NCBI GenBank assembly: GCA_041746575.1
Contig: JBGTGT010000123.1
Location: 76,688-140,687 of the forward strand
Source: Microcystaceae cyanobacterium
GTDB taxonomy: Bacteria > Cyanobacteriota > Cyanobacteriia > Cyanobacteriales > Microcystaceae
Direction of reading: 5' to 3'
DNA length: 64,000 bases
In this document: piece after piece, positions 30,943-40,447 of the stretch
Layout: each line of letters starts with the position of its first letter
How positions within the stretch are numbered: the first letter of the stretch is position 1
The notes under the pieces: model-generated
Databases searched by the model: none
Told to the model about the DNA's origin: nothing
What the model saw: only the letters and a program-made list of their open reading frames with translations
Made by a program: the position numbers and the translations under genes

Positions 30943-31104
30943 TTAACCTTCATCGGTGATTATTTAAAAACTCAACGATAACTGTCCCGGTGTCACGTTC
31001 CCCTGTTGCCTGCGGTGATAGTAAAGATGACAAGGGAAGCATAGAGCCATCAGGCTAAAAAGGCCCAACGCGCCAAAAATGTACAATTAGATTTCAAAGC
31101 CTTA

Positions 31105-31703
31105 CTAGTCATGCTTTTGGGCGAGGTAAGCAAAGAAGACTCGGCGCCCCACCCCTGCGATTCTACAAACCTCAGCGGCTGTCTTTTCAGAATTTTGATA
31201 CAAGATCCTGGCATTCTCCAGTTTGGCAACATCAGTTCGTGGTCTTCCCCCCGTTCTGCCTCTAGCTTTAGCAGAAACTCTTCCAGCGGAAGCTCTTTCG
31301 GCACGTAATTCTCGTTCCATCTGGTAGATAGCCCCCATCATCGACAGAAAACACCGACCTGTAGCAGTGGTAGTATCAATACTCTCTCGCAATGACAACA
31401 AATTAATCTGACGTTGTTCTAGAATCTGTGCAGTTTCAAGTAGATGGAGTAACGAACGGGTCATGCGACTTAATTCAGTCACAACTAAAATATCACCTGG
31501 ACGAATATATTCAAGCAGCTGCGCCCATCCAGGTCGCTCCATTCGCGAAGCAGTTAACTTATCAGTTCAGTAAAAATTTTAAGACAACCAGCTTAGTTCA
31601 AAGCATCCATCTGGGAATCAAGATTTTGACCGATGCTGCTGACACGGGCATAGCCAATGCGATTTGGGACTGTTTTCGGTTCAACGGGTGTTGAAGTATC
31701 CAA
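31105..31703 (-). pseudogene. Serine resolvase/invertase pseudogene
   Basis: N-terminal RIGYARVSS..QNLDSQ, in-frame TAA at 31593-31595, 5-bp duplication (TCAGT twice, 31562-31571) causing a frameshift, then RPG..L...RPGD.LVV..L.R..RS, ER..AG...A.ARGR.GGRP and an HTH. Confidence 0.88.
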
Positions 31704-31836
31704 AGTGCAAAATCTTAACTCATCTAAAGAGTATCTGCACGTTGATTATAGCAAAGGTTTTAGCACTAAAAATTAACGTAAACTCATAAAGTCAAATCAA
31801 GTAAGTCAGAAGTGCAGAAAGTCTACTTTCTGCACT
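31702..31836. promoter_or_regulatory. Putative res site of the resolvase
   Basis: Perfect 12-bp inverted repeat AGTGCAGAAAGT-CT-ACTTTCTGCACT (31811-31836) plus further GTGCA/GCAC half-sites at 31705-31770. Confidence 0.65.
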
Positions 31837-31851
31837 ACCAACTGGAGTTTA

Positions 31852-33001
31852 TACCAATTTAAATTGAATGAACTACAGATGAGCTAGACTAAGAAGAGTT
31901 GTTTAGTGAAATCTCCAGATGGTTGGTGTTACCTCAATTCAAGTCCAGCAAAGCTTGGATGATCTGACGGAACAGTTGCGTCAAGCCCAAACGCCGACTG
32001 TCAAGGAACGATTGCAAGTCCTCTACTGGCTCAAACAAGAAAGTCCTCCCAGTGTCACTACCATTGCTAAAGCCATAGGGAAAGATCGAAGTACAGTGCA
32101 GACGTGGTTATCGATGTATCGTGATGGTGGCCTAGAGGCGATGTTGAAAATCAAGAAATCGCCTGGAGGAGTGCGAGTGATCCCAAAATGGGCTGAAAAT
32201 GCTTTAGACAAGCGATTACAAGACCCCAATCAGGGGTTTGTCAGCTATGAAGAAGTCCAGCAATGGTTATCCGAAACGTTGGGAGTAGAGGCCAAGTATC
32301 ATGCGGTGTATCAGATGACCCACTATCGGTTAAAAGCCAAGTTGAAAGTGGCACGTCCTCAACATGACTTGCAGGACAAGGAGCAGCGTGAGGCTTTTAA
32401 AAAAACCTTGTTGACGACCTCGACCTGTTGAGCCAGTATGCTAGAGAGGTCAGACAAGATGTTCGACCGATTCGCTATTTTGCGGCTGATGAGAGCCGCT
32501 TTGGACTGAAAACCCTTGTCGGACGCTTGATTACTGCCTGTGGCATCAAACCGATTGGGCAATGGCAGTGGTTGTTCAAAGCTTTTTGGTTGTATGGGGC
32601 TGTAGAACCAGCGACGGGTGAATCTTTCTTCTGGCAACTTAATCATGTTGATACCGACTGTTATCAATTTTTCTTAGATGAGTTCTCCAAAGCTTATCCT
32701 GATAGCCTTAACATCCTTCAAGTTGATAACGGACGGTTTCACAAAGGCAAAGATTTGATTGTGCCAGAAAATGTCATTCTCTTATTTCAGCCGCCTTACT
32801 GTCCTGAATTAAATCCCATTGAGCGTTTATGGGAACATCTCAAGGCCGATCTCAAGTGGGCTTCTTTCAAGACCCTAGAGCAACTACAAACAAAATTAGA
32901 TGAACTTCTCAGTGAGTTAACGCCTGAAATTGTTGCTTCTGTGACTGGTTATTCCTTCATCTTGGATGCCCTATCTGTCGTAACCCCCATTTAAATTGGT
33001 A
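31852..33001 (+). mobile_element. IS630-family insertion sequence
   Basis: IRs TACCAATTTAAAT and ATTTAAATTGGTA, TTA duplicated at 31849-31851 and 33002-33004, two-ORF transposase. Confidence 0.92.
31919..32994 (+). CDS. IS630 transposase (HTH ORF 31919-32431 + DDE ORF, probable -1 frameshift)
   Basis: Slippery TTTTAAAAAAAC at 32395-32406; DESRFG, VDNGRFH, PPYCPELNPIERLW. Confidence 0.88.
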
Positions 33002-33124
33002 TTAGACTAACTGCCCGCAATGGTCACACTAGACTGTACGGTTTGCTTACAGGGGAAGCGCCTTAAAATTTGTCTTAGCTTGTCAGAAAGCTAAAAATTT
33101 TTAAGAATAGTAACAATTATTGTT

Positions 33125-34459
33125 TTAAGCCACCTCTTTTGTATCTTTTTTCTGTCGAGTAACTGTCTTTTTGACTGTCGGATAGCGAGGTTTTTTATGA
33201 CGTTTTTTCTCTTTCTCCCATCCAGGAGACTTTCCTCTGGTTTTTGGCAGTTTGGCAGGTGTGCCTATCTTGACCAAAAGTCCTAAAAAGCTTTGTGCGA
33301 CTCTTCCAGGGGTTAATTTCTCTACAGGTAAAGGCTTTTGCCAAGGCAGAGGATTATCTTCTATTATCTCACGTGCCAACCCTAATTGCCATGTCATAAT
33401 AGGGATTAAATTGCTCCATCTTTGCCCCTTTTCAGTTGTGCCGAGTTTGGGTAAAGTCCAGTGCAATCTTTGCTTGATAAAACGGTTCCAATGTTCAATG
33501 GCAAAGCGTCTCAAATACAATTCCCACAGGTCGATTGAAGATAATTCTTCTTCTCCTATCCACGCCAACCACATTGGTTGGGCTGCCCTGTGAGATAACT
33601 TTTTCCCTTGGCGTTTAACTAATATTATAGTCATCGGATAATCAGGGGATTGGTAGAAATGAAAATTCGGCCACCTCGAAATTTCTATTACTCCCCAAGT
33701 TGGGTCATCAATTTCAATTATTTCGACAGGAATTGCCCAAGTTTCGGGTTCAGATAATTTCATTTTTTGACCATGCTTTCGGGGTCTACCCTTTCCAAGA
33801 TATTTTGGAGGTTCTGCATAAATACAGCGATTAGGTCGAATACGCATCAGTTTATCTGCATTGATTTCTGCTGTTTCTTTAATAAAAGGGGCGCATCCGT
33901 ATTCACTATCCCAGATTGTTATTGGTCTTACATTAAGATGTCTACATACTTGTTTTAGCTGTAAAACGGCTCTAGAAATTGGTGTTTCATTAGAAGCAAT
34001 TCGGTTATGACGTAATGGTAATGCCCAACTACCTTGACTTTCTGGTATCCAAGCTAGTGTACTATAACCGTGTCCCAAAGTGATAGGTTTACCTGAAATT
34101 ACTTTAGCACCATGTTCATAAGTTCTATCCCTTAAAGTCGGTGCTTCTGTTCTGGCCCATGGAGTATGGTCTCCTACCAGAATTCGTCTACTGTATAAAT
34201 CTTGTGTCGGTATTTGGTTAATATAAAGTTGCATTAATTTATTGGTTTTAGGCCGAACATCATCTATGGCTTCATAGATGCTCGGCCACTTCCTCCGAAA
34301 TACAGGAGATAAGGATAACTCGGCAAAGGAATAGACATTTCGAGTGGTCAAAACTGCGTCCATTAAATCAAAAGTCGCATCTTTGGCTGTTCCTAAGAGT
34401 TGGTAGGCTTCGTTTCTAAAGTTAGAGAGTTTTTGGGCAGATTTATTCAAGAGCGTCAA
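33125..34459 (-). CDS. DDE transposase, intact ORF
   Basis: DATFDLMDA, FRRKWPSIYEA, GD.T.W.R, WDSEYG, YLRRFAIEHW.RF.KQ.L.W, TPGRV, RGKSPG. Confidence 0.88.
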   Translation of the reverse strand: MTLLNKSAQKLSNFRNEAYQLLGTAKDATFDLMDAVLTTRNVYSFAELSLSPVFRRKWPSIYEAIDDVRPKTNKLMQLYINQIPTQDLYSRRILVGDHTPWARTEAPTLRDRTYEHGAKVISGKPITLGHGYSTLAWIPESQGSWALPLRHNRIASNETPISRAVLQLKQVCRHLNVRPITIWDSEYGCAPFIKETAEINADKLMRIRPNRCIYAEPPKYLGKGRPRKHGQKMKLSEPETWAIPVEIIEIDDPTWGVIEISRWPNFHFYQSPDYPMTIILVKRQGKKLSHRAAQPMWLAWIGEEELSSIDLWELYLRRFAIEHWNRFIKQRLHWTLPKLGTTEKGQRWSNLIPIMTWQLGLAREIIEDNPLPWQKPLPVEKLTPGRVAQSFLGLLVKIGTPAKLPKTRGKSPGWEKEKKRHKKPRYPTVKKTVTRQKKDTKEVA

Positions 34460-34581
34460 TTATTCAGTAAATTTTTCTTATTATCCCTTGTTTTTGTTGA
34501 CTCAGCTTTTTTGATTAATAATTAGACGAGACTGTACAGTTTGACGCAAGGGGGGTGTGGAGTTTTAGTCTAAACTCCAGT

Positions 34582-34876
34582 AACAACTGTCGCCTCTGCG
34601 GCGGAAGCACTCGTGGTTTTAACCCAATCTCTGCCAGATGTCATACTCAGCGATCTTGGAATGCCCGAGATAGATGGTTATATGCTGATTAAACGTGTGA
34701 GATCTTTACCTTTCCGGTGGGGTGGACAAATTCCGGCGATCGCCTTAACGGCTTATGCTGGAGAAATAGACCATCAACAGGCAATTACGGCTGGCTTTCA
34801 AAAGCACCTGTCAAAACCTATAGATCCTGACACGCTAGTCGAAGCAATTATGAATTCAATTCAACGGCCTTACTAA
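34582..34876 (+). pseudogene. 5'-truncated receiver domain (C-terminus of a hybrid kinase or response regulator)
   Basis: Reads (V)TTVASAAEALVVLTQSLPDVILSDLGMPEIDGY...IPAIALTAYA...GFQKHLSKP directly from the IS end; the first beta-strand and acidic pocket are missing. Confidence 0.8.
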
Positions 34877-34959
34877 ATATAGAGTTCATCCTTAGGAAAC
34901 AAGTCTTGAACCTTAGACTTCGCTTAAAATTTTCCTAGTATAATTCGTCGTTTCAATTT

Positions 34960-35235
34960 ATGAAAGATAGTCTGTTTGATAAAACGTTCCGAGATGATCA
35001 AGGCAACCTTGTCATTGCTCAGAAGCCTAATCTACCCATTATAGTAGGAATAGGAGCGACTTTATTGAAATTTCTACTTCCCGATGGCAATATCTATACC
35101 CTTCTAGATGCGTTAGCGTTCGGTAGTTTGTTCACTTGGGCGTGGTTGGAATTGTTTGACGGTGTTAACTACTTCCGACGAATGCTGGGATTAGTGGTGT
35201 TGCTGGGCGTCATTGCTTCAAGATTTGAATGGTAA
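34960..35235 (+). CDS. Small membrane hypothetical protein
   Basis: 91 aa, FRD..G..V.AQ.PN.P, WAWLELF.GVNYFRR.LG pattern, hydrophobic segments. Confidence 0.75.
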   Translation: MKDSLFDKTFRDDQGNLVIAQKPNLPIIVGIGATLLKFLLPDGNIYTLLDALAFGSLFTWAWLELFDGVNYFRRMLGLVVLLGVIASRFEW

Positions 35236-35241
35236 TTTCTT

Positions 35242-36954
35242 TTAAACTAAACGTTTTTTGAATTCTTCAACGTCTCTTGCTAAAGCTATTTCTTTTAAGA
35301 TATTAATTAACTGTATTTCATCTTCGATTGCTCCAATTTTATCTTGGGTTGCTGTCTCTATGTCGCCAAATTTTTGAGTGAAGATTTCGTTGAATAAATG
35401 GCGTAAAAATACTTGATTATTGTCTTTTTGGGCAGAAGAATTTAATTGCAATTGCTGTATTAAACGTTGCAAAACCAGTGCAAGATTTCCTAATTCGTCT
35501 TTTTCTTGGATAAAACTCTCAAAAAGAGAGGGATCAAAATTTTGATTTTCTAGACAACTTGAAGCGATCGCTGTAACTTGGTAAATTTGTTCTAAATAGT
35601 CAATACTTTGTCGATTTTTCGCTTCTAGAGTATCCATCACTTGATTATAGCGAGTGGCAATGTGTCCTATCTCTGTAAAAGGTTCTACGGGGACTCTACG
35701 ACTAATATCTTGGGTTTTCATTTGCCAATCCATCACTTCTAATAGGTCATAGGTATCGGTCTTCGCCTGATGTTCGCTGATGTTTAACCCTAACGCTTCT
35801 GCTTCTGGGGAGACTCTTAAGGGAAAAAAACGATTAATTGCGGTCAAAATCAACCAACTAATGCCAAACACCCAGATAAAACAGACGAAAATACCCAATA
35901 ACTGTACCGCTAACTGTTGGAAGCGAGTCGGTTGAGTATCAATTAGGTTTAATTGTCCGAATAAAGCGACGCATAACGTCCCCCACATTCCTGCACCGCC
36001 GTGAACGGCAATTGCACCGACAGCATCGTCAATTTTCCAGCGATTTAACTGATATTCTACTAAAAACATGATTCCTGATCCTGTAATCCCAACAATGAAA
36101 GCAAGCGGAGGACTCACCATTTGACAGCAAGCAGTAATCGCGACTAATCCGGCAATTGAACCATTAATCAACCATTCTACCGAGAGATAACCTAATTTTC
36201 CTGTACTCAATACCATTGCGGTTATCATTCCCCCGACTCCCGCTAACATGGTATTCATAATAATAAGAGGAACGCGTTCATCAAAGACTAAGAGACTGCC
36301 CCCATTAAAGCCAATCCAACCAAACCAAAGTAATAAAGCACCTAATACTGCAAAAGGGAGGTTTGATCCTTGAATTTTGTTATCTTTGTCATTTTCTCCA
36401 TAGCGTCCTGTTCTTGCACCGATAATCAATAAGGTTGCAAGACTCACCCATGCTCCAACACTGTGAACGACGGTTGAACCGGCAAAGTCAATAAATCCTA
36501 ATTTTTCTAACCATCCTCCCTGATTTTGCTCTAAAATACCATTCCATGCCCAATGACCAAAAAGGGGATAAATCCCCCCAGAGACGAGTCCGGCAATCAG
36601 TAAATAAGCTTTAAAATTGAGACGTTCTGCTACTGCGCCAGAAATAATAGTGGTCGCCGTCCCGCAAAACATGGCTTGAAAAAGAAAAAATACGGCAATT
36701 TTAGGGTCATTTTGAGGTGAAATAGCAAATTGGTGCCAACTAAGCCAACCATTGCCCGCATGACCAAACATAAAACCGTAGCCAATTAACCAAAATAGGG
36801 TGACGGATAAGCCAAAATCAGCGATATTTTTAACGGCAACATTGATATTATTTTTCGTCCGTGTCAATCCAGATTCAAGACACATAAAACCGGCTTGCAT
36901 CAGGAAGACTAACCCTGAACAAATGATTAACCACAATAAGTTAATGACCATCAA
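35242..36954 (-). CDS. amt: Ammonium transporter with a cytoplasmic C-terminal extension
   Basis: MQAGF..LE.G, IISGAVAER, DFAGSTVVH, WFGW.GFN.GS, DDAVGA..VH, GL..SEH, then about 170 aa of tail. Confidence 0.92.
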   Translation of the reverse strand: MMVINLLWLIICSGLVFLMQAGFMCLESGLTRTKNNINVAVKNIADFGLSVTLFWLIGYGFMFGHAGNGWLSWHQFAISPQNDPKIAVFFLFQAMFCGTATTIISGAVAERLNFKAYLLIAGLVSGGIYPLFGHWAWNGILEQNQGGWLEKLGFIDFAGSTVVHSVGAWVSLATLLIIGARTGRYGENDKDNKIQGSNLPFAVLGALLLWFGWIGFNGGSLLVFDERVPLIIMNTMLAGVGGMITAMVLSTGKLGYLSVEWLINGSIAGLVAITACCQMVSPPLAFIVGITGSGIMFLVEYQLNRWKIDDAVGAIAVHGGAGMWGTLCVALFGQLNLIDTQPTRFQQLAVQLLGIFVCFIWVFGISWLILTAINRFFPLRVSPEAEALGLNISEHQAKTDTYDLLEVMDWQMKTQDISRRVPVEPFTEIGHIATRYNQVMDTLEAKNRQSIDYLEQIYQVTAIASSCLENQNFDPSLFESFIQEKDELGNLALVLQRLIQQLQLNSSAQKDNNQVFLRHLFNEIFTQKFGDIETATQDKIGAIEDEIQLINILKEIALARDVEEFKKRLV

Positions 36955-37011
36955 AAATTATGAATTGATTTCCTGAATTCTAACTCCTCACGCTTTTATT
37001 GGACATCATAT

Positions 37012-38070
37012 CTAAATTTCGACGCCTCGATATAAGCGTTTTTTTTGTTTTAATTCATAATCGCTGGCGAAGTCTAGAATATTATTACGGTGTCCTAAAA
37101 TCATTAAGATGTCTCCCCTATTGACAAATAAAGACTGGGGAGGATGCACAATCAATTCTCCCTCGGCGCGACGTAATGCGACAATAATAAATGTGCCTTT
37201 ACTTCTGATTTCTAATTCCCGAATGGTTTTACCCACTAAAGGAGATTGTTGTTCTATCGCTAATTCATCCATTTGTACGTCTAACTGAATGAGTAATTCA
37301 TTGAGATAGTTTAACTCTTCTTTCCGCCCTAAAAAGTCTAACGCCGTCGGACGAGTAATTAGATTCGCCATTCTCAAGGCACTTAAACTCGCAGGTAGGA
37401 TAATATGATTGGCACCAGCTAACCGTAATTTTTTCTCTGTAGAAGGTTGTTCCCCTCGCGCAATAATGATTAAGTTGGGGTTTAACTCTTTAGCTGTGAG
37501 GGTAATAAAAACGTTATCGGTATCATGAGGAAGCACAATGGCGATAACCTTCGCTTTTGCGATATTGACGGCTTCAAGGGTCATTTCATCGGTGGCATCC
37601 CCCTGATAAGCAGTATATGCTAAAGATTCCGCTTTCTGAATGCGTTCTGTATTATAATCGATAATAATGAAGGGCTGACGCATTTCGTTAAGTTGTTGGG
37701 CAAGAATCTGCCCCATATAACCAAATCCTGCGATAATTATATGATTTTGTAAGTTTTCAAGCGTTTTTCTACGTTTTTGTTCATCAAAGATGCGGTTTAA
37801 TTCTCCTTCTGCAATCATTTGGACAAATCCTCCTACGGTATAAACGGCTGATGATGTTCCGGCAATAATAACGAAAATTGTAAATATTTTTTGAAAAGGG
37901 GTGTCTAATGGCTTAACTTCTCCATATCCCACCCCAAATATTGTAATAACGACCATATAAATGGACTCTAGAATTGACCAACCAAAGAGAATATAACCCA
38001 CTGTCGCTACAATAAGGGTAATAACGAAAAAAATACTGCCGGTAAGAATGCGCTTAAAGGATTGTTGCAT
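37012..38070 (-). CDS. 2TM potassium channel with RCK_N and RCK_C domains
   Basis: Filter TIFGVGYGE, GFGYMG Rossmann motif, GDATD, KKL..AGA, C-terminal TrkA-C. Confidence 0.9.
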   Translation of the reverse strand: MQQSFKRILTGSIFFVITLIVATVGYILFGWSILESIYMVVITIFGVGYGEVKPLDTPFQKIFTIFVIIAGTSSAVYTVGGFVQMIAEGELNRIFDEQKRRKTLENLQNHIIIAGFGYMGQILAQQLNEMRQPFIIIDYNTERIQKAESLAYTAYQGDATDEMTLEAVNIAKAKVIAIVLPHDTDNVFITLTAKELNPNLIIIARGEQPSTEKKLRLAGANHIILPASLSALRMANLITRPTALDFLGRKEELNYLNELLIQLDVQMDELAIEQQSPLVGKTIRELEIRSKGTFIIVALRRAEGELIVHPPQSLFVNRGDILMILGHRNNILDFASDYELKQKKRLYRGVEI

Positions 38071-38078
38071 TGCTATTT

Positions 38079-38906
38079 TTAATCATAAATGGTGCGACAA
38101 ATTTGGCATAAAATATCGAAACAATGATCGTAACTTTTTTCGGCTTGATTGAGCAATTCTGTCGAGAACGGCTGACGGAGAGAATTCGCTTTCTTTTGTC
38201 GAATAATTCGGCCTGATTTAATATTTTCTGAGGAGTCACCTACTCCTTTAAAACCAGTAGTTTGCAAAACTTGGTATTCTTCAGAGAATCCTTGCGCTGT
38301 TTGTAAAAAAGCTTTTAATGCTTGAAAAACAGAGCTGCTTTCGTTAATAATTTGTTCGTGAGTGAGGAAGAGACTTTGATTTTTATTATTAATAATTGAG
38401 CCATATTTTTCGAGGGTAGAGAGACGATTTATATAATAATCAAGCGTTTTTTTTTGATTCCAATGGGGCTTGATTGTTAAGATACTATTTAAGGTTTCTG
38501 CGGGGTTTCTAATTAAAAAAATACTATAAATTTCAGGAGACTTTAGAATATTTTCGTCAACTAATTTTTCATCATGTAGCAATTTATCCAGGGCATATTG
38601 GTGATTCATTTGATAGTGACGAGATTTCCAATAAACTTTAAAGAGTAATTGCTTAAAATTCTGTTCAGATTCATAAACAATATGAGTTTCTCCGTAACCC
38701 AGAATCGCAGGATTAGAATTAAGGATATGGAGCAAAAGTGAGGATGCAGAACGCATATGTCCTAAAATAAAAAGGATGCGGTAAGGAGAGGATCTAAAGC
38801 GTACATTTAGGGGAGACTCTTGGCTATTAATCCGAACATCGAAATAGGTTTTAATCAAGGAGTCTTTAAGATTTCTGACAAAAGAAGAAGAAGCGAATTG
38901 ATTCAT
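38079..38906 (-). CDS. Sulfotransferase family protein
   Basis: PAPS-binding motifs GHMRSASSLL and LIRNP....NS. Confidence 0.75.
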   Translation of the reverse strand: MNQFASSSFVRNLKDSLIKTYFDVRINSQESPLNVRFRSSPYRILFILGHMRSASSLLLHILNSNPAILGYGETHIVYESEQNFKQLLFKVYWKSRHYQMNHQYALDKLLHDEKLVDENILKSPEIYSIFLIRNPAETLNSILTIKPHWNQKKTLDYYINRLSTLEKYGSIINNKNQSLFLTHEQIINESSSVFQALKAFLQTAQGFSEEYQVLQTTGFKGVGDSSENIKSGRIIRQKKANSLRQPFSTELLNQAEKSYDHCFDILCQICRTIYD

Positions 38907-38925
38907 CGAAAAATTCCTTTGAAAT

Positions 38926-39867
38926 TTATAGCCAAAGCTCTAAGTTAAGGTCATAATGACCTGCTTGTTCAGATGGATAATCTCCCAATTCAACCCGTTG
39001 AATAATACGAGGTAAAGCCTCAAAAAATGTAGAACTACGGGTATTAGGGTGTAGGGTCCAAGCGGTATTATTTGCTAACATTCCTCGATAAAACTTACTT
39101 CCTTCTAGCTTTTTGGAAACCATTATTTCCCAAGATTGAAGACTTCCTTTGCGGGTTAAATAATTAAAATAAGTTTTGAGAGAATTGGGTAGTTGATTGA
39201 GCCATCGTGTTCGATAAGGTCGCCAAATCACCGGAAAAGGACAGAGCTTATCAAAGTGACGACAATTGATTAAATAAGCACGACTGCCAAAAAATTTAAA
39301 ACGATAATATTCATTTGCCCCCATTTCATAGGCAACTTTTTGAGCAAAGGTGCCATCAGAACGAGGCGGTCCTGCTAAGGGTCGCATAGAGATTAATTCG
39401 GAATAATTTTCCATTACTTGAATGCCTTCTTTAACCCAACTATAATTTGCAGGTTGATAGAGCATCATATCGCTATCAAAGTGTAGAACATAATCACTCT
39501 TACATTCTTCGATTTTAAAAATACTGCCTAATATAGGATATCCTTTGTAGTTATGAGTCGGGTGTATTTTGGCGTTAAAATGTTTCTGATAGACTTGTTG
39601 ATGATAAGCCGGATCGTAATTAATTTTGGTAATTCTATCAATGATTCCTTCTGCTAATAATTGTTGGCAATTCTGCTGTAGTTGTTCCATTGTACCGATA
39701 TAGGGACGCCGGTTTTTTTCTCCTGATAAGGGTGCTGTATCAATTACTAATACTTTTTCCTCAAAAGGAAAATTACTCATTTTCAGTAAATGAGGGATGG
39801 TGTGCATCATAAAAGATACATCGGTTCGGGCGACAAACATCCACAGAGAACAGGAAAGCAGAGTCAT
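38926..39867 (-). CDS. Putative GT-A fold glycosyltransferase-like protein
   Basis: DYVLHFDSDMML DxD motif; adjacent to the sulfotransferase. Confidence 0.55.
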   Translation of the reverse strand: MTLLSCSLWMFVARTDVSFMMHTIPHLLKMSNFPFEEKVLVIDTAPLSGEKNRRPYIGTMEQLQQNCQQLLAEGIIDRITKINYDPAYHQQVYQKHFNAKIHPTHNYKGYPILGSIFKIEECKSDYVLHFDSDMMLYQPANYSWVKEGIQVMENYSELISMRPLAGPPRSDGTFAQKVAYEMGANEYYRFKFFGSRAYLINCRHFDKLCPFPVIWRPYRTRWLNQLPNSLKTYFNYLTRKGSLQSWEIMVSKKLEGSKFYRGMLANNTAWTLHPNTRSSTFFEALPRIIQRVELGDYPSEQAGHYDLNLELWL

Positions 39868-40033
39868 GGCGTTACCTCAAGGTCGCTCATCAACGACATG
39901 ATTTTTAACAAAATATAATAATGGTTCACATATTACCAGCGATCGGGATTTTAGGCTAAAAGTATAAATAGGGGATCTTATTCTATTTTCGATGAGAAGA
40001 TGAGCCCTATTAGTTATCCATCCATCATCGCTT

Positions 40034-40369
40034 ATGAAAAGTTATTTTCCCCTCAGTATTAGCTTATTACTGTCTTTGGGGGTTAATCTGGGCAGTCTTA
40101 ATGCTCAATCGTGTTTGAATTGCTGGATTAACCCGATAACCGGTCAACAAGAATCCTTGGAACGTATTATTCCTTCCTCTGTGCCGAGAACGCCTCCCCC
40201 ACCCCCCGTTACGAATAATGCACCCGATGAAGCGGCGAAGAAACCGGATAACGGTGAAGAGAAGCCAAATCCGACTCAAATTCCGATCTCAGAAGAAGAC
40301 CCCAGAGCGAGAGAGGCCGAACCCAGATCCCTTCCTGAAAGACAGATTGACCATCGTCTAAGATATTAA
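40034..40369 (+). CDS. Small secreted Pro-rich hypothetical protein
   Basis: Signal peptide LNA-Q, CLNC, low-complexity tail. Confidence 0.6.
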   Translation: MKSYFPLSISLLLSLGVNLGSLNAQSCLNCWINPITGQQESLERIIPSSVPRTPPPPPVTNNAPDEAAKKPDNGEEKPNPTQIPISEEDPRAREAEPRSLPERQIDHRLRY

Positions 40370-40447
40370 AGATGCGGAAGGAAGGCAAAATACAGGGATT
40401 TGACTGAAAAGTCTTTAGGTGGGTAATGCCCACCTTGTGTTATTGGT

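Larger units (their letters stand above)
31841..34581 (-). mobile_element. DDE insertion sequence (IS701/IS4-like cyanobacterial family) whose left IR is interrupted by IS630
   Basis: Right IR TTAGTCTAAACTCCAGT (34565-34581); left IR ACTGGAGTTTA...GACTAA is split across 31841-31851 and 33005-33010. Confidence 0.85.

Noticed and set aside
30943..31104. Tn3-type terminal inverted repeat next to the resolvase
   Set aside because: No GGGG-starting 38-bp end or TnpA remnant was recognisable
36983..36993. ACTCCTCACGC, a near match to the Yfr1 sRNA core motif, upstream of amt
   Set aside because: One mismatch, and it is equally explained as a Shine-Dalgarno-like GAGGAG on the minus strand
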